Positions 27,014 to 40,348 of a DNA stretch of 64,000 nucleotides are shown here, piece by piece. This DNA comes from Octopus vulgaris (taxonomy: Eukaryota), in the NCBI GenBank assembly GCA_951406725.2, contig OX597823.1, positions 6,944,001 to 7,008,000 of the forward strand, in the 5' to 3' direction. Position 1 is the first letter of the stretch. Each line of letters starts with the position of its first letter. The notes under the pieces are model-generated. The model had not been told where the DNA came from, ran no database searches, and saw nothing but the letters and a program-made list of their open reading frames with translations. The position numbers and the translations under genes were made by a program.

Positions 27014-30000
27014 TTAAGGCTGTATTAAAAAAAAAATATGATACTCATGGCTGTAGCACCTTTGATTATATATCTTTCTGATCAAGCTGATATTGGGCAA
27101 ACAGCTACAACTCAAGGTGTGCAAAGCCGTTAGTCTTCATCTTCTCTGGTGTATAATGAGGATTTTTAGCATGGGAACATCCAGCAGTTGGAAAAAATCC
27201 CATGCAGATTCCCAACACACTCTCTACATTTATTACAAAGGCTATGTTCTTAACTGGGTTGGTTCTACAAAAATTGCAGCAAAAAGCCTCAAGCTATAGC
27301 TTCAGTGATTTGAATGTGTCATCTATACAAACAAGAATTCCCAAACAATGTTAGCTAATGGTTGTCACAAGTAAAGATTTAATAAATTCTCAGCAAAAGC
27401 TAAAACAGATGATAGTATGCTTGCAACAGAAAAAAAGATTGCCACAAATAGTGGTAGTAGTAGTAGTAGTAGTAGTAGTAGTTCTTGTTGTTTTGCATTA
27501 CCACCTGCTGCCCAACTTGATCCAAACTGACTGAAGTAGAATAAAATTTGTAACAATCATAGCACAATATGCCAGTAGATATTGCTACTAACTTCATTAT
27601 AGAAAAATAAGAAAAAAAAAGCAAGGAGATTTTGTGTTCTGGAAATGAGAAATTACTCGGAATGTGGGATGTGGAATAAGAATATTGTTATGGTACACAG
27701 TGTATGTCAGAAAATGCAATTTTTTTTTTTAATTAAGTTTTTGTACATTATTTTCTTTCTTTCATTCCTTAGTTCTTAAATTTAAATATTAAGGAATTTT
27801 TACATTTCCCTGATTTGGAAAGTTTTCTTCCAGTGTTCTTTCTGTGTTATGTATTAAATTTTCATTTAGATTTTTGGCTTTTATCTTAGAAATTTTAGCA
27901 TTTGTTATCATTGTTATATATTTCTTCCTTAACTCTTATTTTTCCTGTAGTAAAGTGATCACATCTAATTCCAGTTACAAATGTTGTTACTTTTTATGTT
28001 GCTTTCACCATTTTTTGTTCTTTGTTCTTTTATTTATTACTAACATTTTCTATGATTAGATTTACATAGAAAAATTACAAATCAATGATGATAGAATACA
28101 TGGTAATGTTATTGCTACAACAAGAAAAGAATTGTTATATTTATCCATAACTTTCTGTTCAATTTTATGTGTTAGGCGTCTGACAGGATAACATCTAAAT
28201 TATCATCTTGACATTATGCTAGCTGCAGTATTTATGCTCACCAGCATCTTGGTAAAATTATCATTGCCTACAAAACTGAAATGAAGAGTCATATTGAATT
28301 TTATACCTTGTATCTTTCAACAGCTTACGACTAAAAAATCCCAGCAGATCCCCAGTAAATGAGGCTCATGCAAAAATGTCTCCTTAATACCTCAATTATG
28401 CTATCTAATCTGCAACATTTTCAAATACTTTCGCACTCTGATCCTGTTTAAGTCTAGGACTTTGTTTCTCATTTGACACAGATTTGAAAGTTTTGGTCAC
28501 TGATTAAATGTCAATATTTGACAGAACAGAAACACTGTTCATAAACAATTGATGACTGATGCGGATTTTAAGGTTGTTTAAAAATAAAACTAATCTTGAA
28601 TTTACACAAACATTAATGCTACTAAATTACTATTGCCAGTTGCTATGCCATTTCCAAACAAATGATAACCTTAATATAATTACATTTTTCTGTTCTTTAT
28701 TTTAATTATTACTACACAAATGATATACAAATCAGTTTCAAATTGTTTCTGTTCAAATGTGTATAATGTTTTTTTTTCCTTCTTTTATTAAATACCAAAA
28801 TGTGAAGTAATTTGAATTTTAATTTGATTGAATTAACCTACTTTTATAAAACTATCTAATTCATATAAAATGCATTATAACAGAAAATTCTCTTATCTTT
28901 TTATCTGGGTTATAAGAGAAATATTAAAGTATTTCTTTCATCTTTTATTCATTATTAGCTTCTTGAAATTACATTTATATATACATGATAAGATAATGAA
29001 TGATAATTCAAATTAACAGTAAATTTCTTTTAAAAAATGCTATTACGGAAACTCCTGGGACTTGTGTTTTTTTGGCTATATTTTAACATTAGAAATATAG
29101 AATGCTTAATCCTTTTATTTATCAGAGTACTGAATTCATTATATAAGTTTATATTTAAGATTTAGATTTAAAAACTGCTCCACATTGTATCAGTAAATGA
29201 ATTTATCTTAAATGAAGAGCTCTTTGTAAGTAAATTGTGACATGAAAACTCTTTTGTTGATAGATGAATTCTAAATTAATCACCTTGGTAAGAAGTTTTT
29301 TTCTTTATTTCCCTAGTTTGCTTGTGTTAAACAGTAGCTACCCGTGAACTCCAATACAATTATTCAAGCAAAATTATATCTCTAATTAATTTGCTTTTTT
29401 TTTTATCTTAGCTTTTTTTTGTATCTTCATCAGTGGTATACACTTGATGTTTTCTTACACAACTCCCTGTAACTTACCACTCTTCTCTGCTTTTGTAATA
29501 TTTGATCACTCTATTTAGAAATTTCACAGTATTCCTTTAAGCCACATATTCTTCATATTAATTTATTTATTTTTGAGTCTTTCTTAAGTGTTGGTGATAC
29601 AGAGCTGTGCTGTTGGCACTTCTAGCATGGTCCAGGCTCACAAAAAGACCTGAACTCAACAGCATTATTACTTTTACAATGCTTCACTGCTTATAACACT
29701 GAACCATTTCACTGTTGTACTACTTACAACTACGTGAGTTGGGTCATCTGAACATAGTACAATGCTAGTGACAGGATATACACCACCAAATCCTTAGTTG
29801 GCTGTCCAGTATATTATTTCTATTATGAGCCCAAAATATTTTATATTTATATAGTTGTTAACCTTCTATCAAAGCCAAATATATTCCACTATGCTATATT
29901 ACATTATAGGTGGCATTCTTTCATTCTTTTTTTCTTCTTCTTCAGCACAATAACCCTATACAACCTTCAGAAAGAAGTTTTCCCATCTGTACATCTTTGT

Positions 30001-31749
30001 CTAGAGTCAAGTTGTGTTTCCAACTATTTCTGCATTGCTACAACAAATCATAGTCATATATACTCCCTCCAAAATAACCAGCTTTTTGTTTCATGTGTGC
30101 TACAATGTCTGATTTCCAAGCCATTAGAATTTTTTTATATCAATGGTGAATATCAGTGACTATCATCATCATAATGATATTTATTTTCCCCATGGTTTAA
30201 AAAGATGTATTTGTATCTTAACTTTACCTTAGATTATGTTTTCAAGTTTACTATAATTCTCTTTCCAATTTTTTTTTCCAAGTTATTTTCATTTCTTGCA
30301 AAATCTTATTTGTTCTACGATAAATTTTTCCATCAAATCACATCACTTTTTCACTGAACCACATCCATTCACCATGATATAGACATTATATGTCTGTACC
30401 AAATAAGTGTTTTTCCTGCATATATCAGCAATACTTTTGATGCTTAACTTCTTTCTCAAATTTCTATAAGTTCACATTGAATATCCATTACACCATATCT
30501 GACCTATTCCTCACACTTTCCGTTAGTGTTTAGTGTCTTTCTGGCAGATTTATTTGTTGTTCCCTAAAATATCTTCCATTTCTATGCAGCCTTCATCATT
30601 AAACTATCAAATCATAATCTCTATCTCAATCATTATGTTACTTTACTCAGCTAACAAACCTTATATGACATCAACTAGATTATAAAACACTGGTTTATAA
30701 ATTGTCTTGCAAAGAATTAAGGGGAAAATATTGGAAAATATCAGAAATTAAGGTCGTGTTTACCATAAATCAAACTGTATTTAGATTATCATTTGAAACT
30801 CTACAGCACAAATAGATATGACTATCAGTAACTAATCAAAGCTATATATTTGAATAGTACAGTATGGCCATTTATATTTGTATTTCTGAATAGATTTGAC
30901 ATGTAAAATTTGGAAAAATTTTTAAATTCAATACTTATATATTTTTTTTTTTTTGTTAACGTAAAGCAAATTATTTGATATATAGAATATAAAATAAACT
31001 GTAAAACTTGTCTACAACAACAAAAAATATCTTAATCTTCTTAATCTAAGGATGTTAGTTATACTAACATTCAGTGAATTAGTTAGCAGCTCCACTTTTG
31101 GAGTTCACATTTACTTAGCTTAATCTTGACTGTTTTATTCAAAGATTTTTTTATTATTTAAACTTTATGTGACTATCCAGGATTCTTTGTTTAATTTTGG
31201 ATGAGAAGTGTTAGAGTCCATTTGAAAATATTATTATCTAAAAGAAGGATTATCACCTATATCTTTTCAGTACTGTGAATATCCATAAGCATAGCAAAAA
31301 AGAAAAAAAATGTATATTTGAGTGTAAATATACCAACATATGCACATGTATAAACCCATAAAAATTGATATGTCCAGCACTGCATACATATTTCAAACAA
31401 ATGTCATGTTATAGAGTTACTTCAAATTTTCTTTTGTATTTAAAAAGTAATTTCTCTTACAGCTTCAAGAGGACAGTAATATTTTTGCTTTCCGTTTGAC
31501 TTAAGGTTTTGTACAATTTATATAGCCAAAGCAATTGTTGCTATCAATGTTTATATTCAAAAGCTGTCAGTGTTTCATCTATGTGCATAATGTATGTGTA
31601 TACCTGTGTATGTACTGTTCCGTATGTAATTACATTGTTATAAATGCCATGTGTCAAATGCTCCATGAGGTCACTGTCTATAATCATGACTTTATACTCA
31701 CTTTTCCACTCTAATGATATTTTATGAAATACATATGTTCAGGAAAATA

Positions 31750-32330
31750 GTATTAAGTCACAACCCTTCAATGTGGGTGTTGGACTTCAGCAGGGGTGCA
31801 TATTGCAACCTCTTCTTTTCATAACTTTTATGAAGTGGATTGACATGTATAATCTTTGTGAAAGTGGTATCACAATTGGTTGGCTGATATTTGCAGACAA
31901 CATGGGTCTACTTGGCTCATCAGAAGATGATCTGCAGCATGTACTGATTGGGTTCCCTGCCAAGCATTGCAAAGCAAGGATGAAAATTAGTGTTGCAAAG
32001 ATTGAGACTTTGAGGAAGTCTACTCAGTGCACTCTACATGTTAGTGGAAAATCACTGAGACAAGTGGAGAAATTTAAGTATTTTGAGGCAGTATCCTTAC
32101 ATAATAGGAAGCAAGAAGTTGAGCTGGATGCTAGAAATGCAGGTGCTGGTACAGTAGTGCATTTTTCTTTTCATTCTTTTCCATTCTTCAATTCAGTTTT
32201 CATGCCTATCCTCATGTGGCCATGAACATTGGGTAATGACTACCAGAATGTAATCACAGTACAAGTAGCTGAAATGAGGTTCTTCTGAAGAGTCTCTGGA
32301 GTAATGTTACTCATCAGGGTGCATAGCTTT
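31750..32330 (+). mobile_element. RTE-clade LINE reverse transcriptase fragment (pseudogene)
   Basis: KSQPFNVGVGLQQGCILQPLLF...IFADNMGLL...MKISVAKIE...LRQVEKFKY...EHWVMT...AEMRF, i.e. degenerate QG..SP, FADD and FKYLG motifs. Confidence 0.85.
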
Positions 32331-32912
32331 GGAGATAATTTGTACTTCTACTGTTAACATTTACAATTACTATGAAAAAATTATACTGGATTACTAATAT
32401 GAAAATCTCTCAAAACCTTGTCGGATTACTATATGGAAATTTATACAGAATTCCTATGAGATCCTCTCTATATCACTATGGATTAACTAATTCTTATAAA
32501 CATGGATAAACTTTTAAGAATGGTTTTCTTCCTTTTATATCCCTGAAGAATGGTTATGCAATTTCAATATGATTATCATTTCGATTTCATTCAGATAAGT
32601 TCCATAATCATGAAACAATCGTAAGAATTTTTATACATCTTCTGATTCTCTATTGTACAATTCTATTCTCATCATTTACATGGTAATACAATTCTCTATG
32701 TTAATATAGTTCTTGTTGTGACTATTCCAAATATACTTATCCCATTCTCTCTTATATTCTAATATATAACTGCTCTTTTGGTTTACTTTATGTCCTTAAA
32801 CATCTCTTCCAAGATCTTTGGGCAACGTTTTAATTTGAGCACTTAACTGGTGATAGCTATTACATTTTGTCCTAAAACGACATACTTTATTAAGTATATA
32901 TGTGTGCTTGTA

Positions 32913-32974
<62 letters not shown>

Positions 32975-33059
32975 AAAACAAGGGAAAGAAAAAGTGAGAG
33001 GGACAAGTTTTAGCAAATTTGGGTCAGTTGCTCCATCTTGCTGGAACCATGTGCAAGGT

Positions 33060-33378
33060 CCACTTCCCAGACTTGACTAGGCCAGATTTTTTTCTTGTGG
33101 AGATGCCTGAAACTGGAGACCCTAGTGCAACTGAAGGAGAATGTCAATAGAGAAATCAGAAAAGTGGGGTCTGAAGTTCTTGAGGGTGTTATGGTGCAAG
33201 TTTTGAAAAGAGCATGGGCATGCGAAGTGAAAAATGCCTGCCATTTAAGCGATGTCATTTTTCATGTGATGTAGTGGTGTTGCAAAATTTGACTCATACA
33301 TATTAATCTATGTCCTGAACCAATGATCAGAGAGTATTGTATATTCCTTTGAAGATTTCCTTTAGCCTGCTCTGTATA
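33060..33378 (+). mobile_element. Tc1/mariner-superfamily transposase C-terminal remnant
   Basis: PDLTRPDFFLWRCLK..TLVQLKENVNREIRKV...VMVQVLKRAWACEVKNACHLSDVIFH resembles SPDLTPxDFFLWGxLK...RxxxCxxxNGxHL. Confidence 0.55.
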
Positions 33379-33729
33379 TCTTGGAATTATTGAGGAATAA
33401 ACATTAAGTACATAATTATGATGTTTTACAGTATTTTAAGTTTCTTTTATGTGAGTATTAATATATTTTTGAGAAAACATCACATATATTGAAGAATTCT
33501 TTGTTTTCCGTGTGAAAATCCTAACTATAATATTTAACTAATACCATGTTGTTTTTCAGAGCTAATTGCCTCATTTCCTGAGGATTAAAAGAAAACATAC
33601 TGATTACAGTTCAATGTATTGCAGGTCTTTTTTTCTTTTATTTTTTATGCCCTACTGATTCTCAGATGATAGCATTTCAAAGTTTTAATTTTTAATTGTC
33701 TAATATGTTTCTGGTTAATTGTGTTGCAG

Positions 33730-33927
33730 GTGACAAGCCATTACCAATCCATTGTATCGTTGAACAGATATCTGGTGGTAATTCAGGTTTTGACAGTTGT
33801 AACAGTCATACTACTGTTGAAATGGATAGTTATGCCATTCTTCCAGGCAGTACTCCAATGAGTGAATTGGTGCAAGCTGCTCTGATAAAACTCGGATACA
33901 CTACTGCTGAGTCTGTTGGTGCAAAAG
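33730..33927 (+). CDS. dve: Internal coding exon of a SATB/dve (Compass) homologue, N-terminal half of the ULD/CMP domain
   Basis: Acceptor ttgcag|GT at 33729/33730, donor AAAG|gtaatt at 33927/33928; 198 nt, phase 1/1. Encodes DKPLPIHCIVEQ...SYAILPGSTPMSELVQAALIKLGYTTAESVGAKG, recognisably similar to SATB1 ULD (MLPVFCVVE...[21 protein letters not shown], recalled). Confidence 0.92.
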
Positions 33928-34669
33928 GTAATTTTACTTATGTAGAATTTTGATTTTCTTACAAATATCCTCCTTGCCACTGCTTCCCACTGTTGTACAA
34001 ATTATAATCTGATAAGCTAATTATTATATTTAATTTATTTCATATAATTATCATATTTGATATCTAATATACACTATTTCATATAATCATCATATTTGAT
34101 ATTTATGTTACATATATTGCTTCATATAATTATATTTAATTAGTACTTGATTATTTTACTGCTAAGCTAATTTTATAATAGTTCTGTTTTTTAATAATTC
34201 ATTTATATGCCTTAATATTAGCATTGGTCAAATACAAAGGTAAACATATCTAAATAATACTAAGACGAACAAACATGAAGTGAAATTTGGCACTTGCTTC
34301 TTGTTTCTTCCTATTTGTTTACATTTAAAACATAAAACTGTATTTTGAATTTTTTTTTTTTTTTCTGAAATATAAATATTTCATATTTTGCTAAATGTAT
34401 TTAAAAAAGTTTAAATATCTCATCTTTCTCTTTTTCTTATAATGTATAAACATTTTTTCAGTATCGAGCATTTTTGTCATTTTATATTCATATATTTGTA
34501 TCAGTATATTGTTACAATATATACACTCAATCATAGGTGGTCAAGTTCTAGAAAGTTTTACAGTTCTTAAGAAAGCTATGCATTTCACTGTTCCCATCCC
34601 ACTATATTCTGAAATCAAGAGGGTTAACTTTGATTTTCAAAGGCAAAGAAATAACTTTCAGTATATAAT

Positions 34670-34920
34670 AACATCTCTATTCTGAGTTCAAGTCCTACAA
34701 AGTAGTCTTTGACTTCTATCCTTCTGGGGTCAACAAATATGAATCAATTACTGATTTAATATCTCTCCTCACAAATAGTGACCTTGTACTTATTTTAGAG
34801 ATCATTAACATTATTTATGGGTCAATAAAATAAGTACTATTTGAGTCCTGGGCTCAATGCAATCAGCTTACTTCTTCCCCTGAAATCGCTGGCTTTGTGC
34901 CAAAATTTGAAAACATTATT
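34670..34920 (+). mobile_element. Two degenerate family D SINE fragments
   Basis: TTCTGAGTTCAAGTCC...TCTATCCTTCTGGGGTCAAC and GGGTCAATAAAATAAGTACT...GGCTTTGTGCCAAAATTTGAAA followed by an ATT-rich tail. Confidence 0.55.
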
Positions 34921-34930
34921 GTTATCATTA

Positions 34931-36188
34931 TCAGGTCATTAAGAATGAAATGTCTAATTTTGAGCAGAAAGTTTATTTTACTTTATCTTAACAAAAATCA
35001 ATGCAGTTAATCAAAATATGCACCTAAATTATCAACACAATTTTGCCATTTTACCGCTAGCTTATTTATGCCGGAAGCGAAGGATTCTGGAGAGCAAGAG
35101 GTGATGAAATCACAAAAGGCTGTTTTTGCATCTTCTTCAGATTTGAAGTTTTTTACCTTGCAAAAAGTTGTCTAATGCCTGGAAAACATGATAGTCAGTT
35201 GGTGCAAGGTCTGGTGCATATGGTGGATGACAGAATACTTCAAGTTCAGTTCTTGCAACTTGAGTAGTGTTCTTTGTGCAATATGTGGTCAAGCATTGTC
35301 TTGCAAGAGAACTGGCCTGTCTCTACTGACCAATCTTGGTTGTTTAATTGCAAGTTCATTCATCATTTCATCCAATTGGTTGATGTATACATCTGCTGTA
35401 ATTGACTTACCAGGTCTCATGAAGCTATAGTGGATGACATCAGTCCTGGACCACTAAACAGACACCATTAGCTATTTTCAGTGAATATTCCTTTTTGGAT
35501 TGTGGGATTGTGTTTTGGCACTTTGTTTCTATCCAACCACTGTGCAGAATGCTTGCTATTGTTAAAAAGAATCCATTTTTCATCACATGCAACAGTACGA
35601 TGCAAAAATGATTCACTTGTGTGTCATAACAGCAAGTTTCAAGATGAGATGTCATTTGGTGCTCATTCACTTTGTGTGGTACCCACTTGCCCAGCTTCTT
35701 TAGCTTGCCAATTTGTTTCAGATGGTCCAATAAATTTGGAATCAAAACATCAAACCTTGCTGCTAACTCACGCGTAGTTTGAGATGTAATCACTTCTACT
35801 ACACCTCATCATTATCCACCTTGGTCTCAGGTCTACCACTGGGCTGATTTTCAACCGGAACTTTTCAAACCATTGCCATACAGTGTGCTCATTCGCCACA
35901 TCTTCGCCAAACACCTCATTAATGTTTTGAGCTGTCTGGGATGCATTGGTTCCACAACAGAACTCATATTCATAAACAACATGAATTTTTGATTTATCCA
36001 TGGGTTCATAAAACTTGTTTTACAAGAAAAAACTCACAATATAATCAGATACCATGAATTGCATTTTGAAAAGTAATGATGTAACTCTTCAATGTTGTAA
36101 AACAAAGAATTGTTAAGATAAAACATTAGAGTTAATGACTCAAACTTGCTGCATAAGAAAATTGGATATTTCATTCTTAATGATCTGA
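34931..36188 (-). mobile_element. Near full-length mariner element (1258 bp, Hsmar1/cecropia-like)
   Basis: 31-bp TIRs TCAGGTCATTAAGAATGAAATGTCTAATTTT / AAAATTGGATATTTCATTCTTAATGATCTGA (3 mismatches), with a TA target duplication on both sides. Confidence 0.92.
35007..36001 (-). pseudogene. Mariner transposase pseudogene
   Basis: MDKSKIHVVYEYEF...TAQNINEVFGEDVANEHTVWQWFEKF, TTRELAARF, WVPHKV (WVPHEL motif), ending GAYFD*; multiple frameshifts. Confidence 0.9.
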
Positions 36189-36245
36189 TAATTATTTTCA
36201 TTATTATTATTATTATTATTATCATCATCATCATCATTATTATCA

Positions 36246-36560
36246 TTGATTTGACTTAGGTTCATTCTTATTCTTGGTAGAATTTATGTGGGTAGCTGGT
36301 TACTACCTGTAACCTTAGGTATCCACAAGTTTCCACTAGTCTTTTGTGTGCTTAAGACTGACCCTCCTGATAATCTTTGCTGTCCCTAAGAGGCAAATTT
36401 TCTGTAGAAGCACTACAGGACATTCTATTCCAATATCCTGCAACCATTTGTTTATATCTTTACTTCTAATTCCCAATGCACCAATTATTACAGGCACAAC
36501 CTTTACTGTTTTCACTCTCCAAATCCTTGCAATTTCAAATTTTAAGCAATTGAATTGTTT
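36246..36560 (-). mobile_element. R4/Dong-like (RLE) non-LTR retrotransposon 3' end
   Basis: LKFEIARIWRVKTVKVVPVIIGALG...LLQKICLLGTAKIIRRV is the characteristic C-terminus after the RLE domain; a short 3' UTR runs into (AAT/GAT)n. Confidence 0.8.
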
Positions 36561-36779
36561 TTTGTTGTTTTTGTTTTTCATTATTTTAGCTCAGATTTTT
36601 TGGAACTCTTGGAATCTTGTATGTGTAATGAGCTTGCTGTTTGTTCTCTTCTACTATCTTGTACTTTTCTGATAATTCTGGTCATGCCAAGAAGGCAAAC
36701 AAACCACCAGCTCTACCAAAAACCTGCTCTCCAATGTCACTCAGCAATGAGCAGCTCTTATTCTTGTGAAATTTAGTGC

Positions 36780-37260
36780 AAACAACATTGTTACACTTAA
36801 CATCATCACAGCATTTGAATATGTCTGGCATATGAATCTCCTGGCTAAACTGCATGCTCAGTGGCTCTATCTGTTTCTCATCTCTTAAATCAGAAGCCCT
36901 CTCTAACCCACACTCTGTTAGTTCTTTATGGTTCCAAAATTTGGTTATATACACATTTTTCCTCTTGTATATCCATAATGTACTTCCATCACCTCCCACA
37001 ATGCCAACTCCTGTGCAGGTGGTTCCTTTCACTCCTTTGTGATGTTCTGCATACAAGCATCATCCACTTGTAACCTAGATATCATGCCAAGTCTGCATTG
37101 ACTTACCAACACTTACTTAACTTATCTGTCTCTCTTCTTCAGGCTCTCCACAAACCATGTTCCCAAACATTTCTCCCTAAAATGTCAGCCTTCTGGAATT
37201 CCCTCCCTCCCTTTTTTCTTTTCTTCCGCTGTTATTGAGTTACAGTTATTCAGAAAGTAC
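36780..37260 (+). mobile_element. Degenerate, internally deleted LINE (Jockey/CR1/L2 group) remnant
   Basis: LNIITAFEYVWHMNLLAKL (compare LDxxKAFDxVWHxxLLxKL) and TFLPKMSAFWNSLP (compare SFFPRTxxLWNSLP). Confidence 0.55.
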
Positions 37261-37841
37261 ATTTTCAATCACGATGATCTCACCAGTCTCTACAAGTCTG
37301 TGAAGGCCATTGGGCACAGCTTTTTCTTCCAGACAAAACATTAAAAAAATATATATAGTGTAGTTGCATTGTCAAAGACAGGGAGTTTGGGAGTCATGCT
37401 GCATTTCTGGCAAATAAATTTTGTTGTCTTCAGGTTTTCCATTATTGTAATTGATGCCGGTAGTATAAAAAGAAAATATAATTCTTGTCAATATGAATAA
37501 CAGGTCTCAGCTAATTGTTTTTCCTTTATTGTCAATATACTAATGTCATAAGAAAATAATAACATTTTAAACTTAGCTTTTAATGGATTTTAATTGATTG
37601 AGCTTTCTCTTTTGTAATAAGTATAAAATTAATTGCACGGCTGTTTTCAATGAAACTAGATTTTATGTTTAGATTTTTATACAATCTTAGTTTTAACAAT
37701 GCTGTATTTTTTTCCTGTATAATATTTCATGGAAGCCTCATGTAGGGAGTATATGTGAGCAGTTGTGGAACAATTATGATTTTGTAATGATGTTAAATAA
37801 TTTTTAGCTGTAGTAATTTTTTTTTTTTTTGTGATAAATTA

Positions 37842-37943
37842 AACAATTTCAGTATTCTAAGAAGCTAAAATTAACAATTTCAGTATTCTAAGAAGCTAAA
37901 ATTAACAATTTTAGTATTCTAAGAAGCTAAAATTTACAATTTC
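37842..37943. repeat. 31-bp tandem repeat x3.3
   Basis: (AACAATTTCAGTATTCTAAGAAGCTAAAATT)3 with one substitution, plus a partial copy. Confidence 0.95.
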
Positions 37944-38280
37944 CTTAGTTATAATAGCAAGCACAATTATCTACAGATTGGTACATATTGTTGTATTGAA
38001 GTTTTTCTTTGATGTGGAAAAATACAAATTAGTGATTTGATTGATTCCAAATGTGAATTTACAATTCATATAGCCCAAAAATATATAAACTTTCTTTAAA
38101 GTATGTAATAAATATATGTGTTGTTTGAAAATAGCTTGCAGCACTCCACCTGAAATGGGAGTGTCTAAATGCATTCATATAATAAACTGGAAGCATAACT
38201 AGATACTTAAAATGCATATTATGAAAGCTCATTGGCTTCATTGATGATGAGGAAATAAAAGCTCCATGGAGTTTAATGAA

Positions 38281-38575
38281 ATCATCATCGTTTAGCATCC
38301 ACTTTCCATGCTAGCATGGGTTGGACGGTTCAACTGGGGTCCGGGAAGCCAGAAGGCTGCACCATGCCCAGTTTGATCTGGCAATGTTTCTACGGCTGGA
38401 TGCCCTTCCTAACGCCAACCACTCCATGAGTGTAGTGGTTGTTTTTTACGTGCCAGACGAGGCTGGCAAACGGCCACGATCGGATGGTGATTTTCATGTG
38501 CCACCGGCACGGGGGCCAGGCGAGACTGGCAATAGCCACGAACGGATGGTGCTTTTTATGTGCCACCGGCACTGG
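38281..38575 (-). mobile_element. Family B element with internal ~60-bp GC-rich repeats
   Basis: B 3' body plus repeated TTTT(A/C)(C/A/T)GTGCCA...GGCTGGCAA..GCCACG..CGGATGGTG modules. Confidence 0.85.
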
Positions 38576-40221
38576 TACATAGATATAATTACTTGGAACT
38601 AGTATCATTCAGAGCAGGTAATAGACTCCAGAGACTATTTTTCAGATATCTAATAGACTATTCAATAATATTGGTATCAAATGCTGGTATATATTGCAGG
38701 TTGTATTAATACAAAAAACATTATTGAAATTGAATAGAAATTTTGGAGTAAATAGAATTATAACCAATATGTCAGCTAACCATGCAGGGTTTGAATTTGA
38801 CTTTTCTCAAACAAATAGTAACGAAGTAATATGTGAAGGTACTGCAATGCAGTTAATGAAGTATTCTTGTCATATATTATGACTGTATACAATTAAGTTT
38901 AGTCATTATGTAGTTGACAATAAGGTAGCATTTTTGTTTATATTTTAGTAGTATGTTTGTCAGCTTTCCAAGAAATGCCAGTTTTGTAGCTTCTCTGCAT
39001 ATTTAATTTCACATATATCTTTGTGTGCTACTTAACCCTTTAACTATGAAATTAGTTTCATAGTTATTCCAGTAATGGTTGTTAAATACCTATAAAAAAA
39101 AAAATAGAAGAATTGGTATTTTCTGCATTCACGTTGCCTCAAAACTCAACATGTCTCACCCCCCCCCTCCAAAAAAAAAAATGAAGAAGTTCCAAACATG
39201 ACATTCCTCAACAAAAGATACACTGGAATATAATAAAACTGCTTTCCACAGTTAAGGGTAATGAAATTTTGATTATGCAGTAAAAATGTTAAAAATTTGA
39301 TATCATTCTATGGATTCTTTTTAATTGACTTTCAGTTTATCTGCTGTCATTTCTTCACTTCCCTGCTCTCACATTCTCTCCCTTCATTCTTTGTTATCAT
39401 CACTAACTCATTTGTTTAATGTTTTCTTGCCTATTTGTTTGTCTATCTATCCCTATCTGTAGTCATCTCTCACACTCTTTTCACAATCTAGAGCTCTTAC
39501 TTATCCATCTACCTTTCCGTTCCTCTCTTCCTGTTCGCTCTCTCATGCATCTTGTACTTTGAGGACATGGTTTCACTATCACTTCCTTTCCAGCTGGAGA
39601 AGCCTGTCTAATCACCTCTTCAGAGGACACATATTCCTGTTGTTCTGTCATACATTCACCTCCTTCAGTATTATACCCAACTTAGTCGAGGGGTCTTGTC
39701 TTGAAAGTACTTGGTAATCTAACTATCCTGTGAAGTGGTTGGCATTAGGGAAGACCTCAAACTGTAGAAACCATGCCAGCATGGAAAAGAATCATTAAAT
39801 GATGATGATGATGATGCTGATGATATATATTTCAGTCTTTTTACTTTCATTCAAAACTAGCTTCCATCTCTTCTTCAATTTCTGATGTTCCTCCCTGTTC
39901 CTTTTGCATGCTTTTGTATTATACCACTCTCTCTCTCTCTCTCACTCTCCCACCTAATTACCCCTCTAATCCACACCTCTTCTGATGCATTCTCTCTCTC
40001 TTTTCCATCTCTCCCAGCAAAACCAGTGCCTTCTCCTTCCACATTCTATAATGGGACAAAGAAGGAAACCAATAAAAGGGACACATAAATTGGTGTTTTA
40101 TATATTAAGATGACATATATCATAGAAATTAAGAATATATATTTTTATTATATTTTATTAAAATTTTTGTCAGCCATTCAAATTTTGCTCCTTTTTTTTT
40201 TTTTTGCTTTTCTTTTTTCAG

Positions 40222-40348
40222 GAGTAATTCAGTTGAAAAACTGGAAACCAATTTCCTTTGAAACAATTACAGACACGTCACAGTCATCTATTGATCATTT
40301 ATTGGGAGATCTGACTTCTGTTGCTATTTTACGAATTCGTCTTTCCAG
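40222..40348 (+). CDS. dve: Internal coding exon of SATB/dve homologue, C-terminal half of ULD
   Basis: Long polypyrimidine tract plus ttcag|GA; donor CCAG|gtaggg; 127 nt, phase 1/2. G+GA restores Gly. Encodes GVIQLKNWKPISFETITDTSQSSIDHLLGDLTSVAILRIRLS, similar to SATB1 [43 protein letters not shown] (recalled). Confidence 0.92.

Noticed and set aside
33560-33624. Possible upstream mini-exon (tttttcag ... GCAG|gtcttt)
   Set aside because: Weak donor; the frame needed for phase 1 contains a stop and the internal ATG is out of phase with 33730.
37842-37943. 31-bp direct repeats as a possible CRISPR array
   Set aside because: Head-to-tail with no spacers, in a eukaryotic context with no cas genes.
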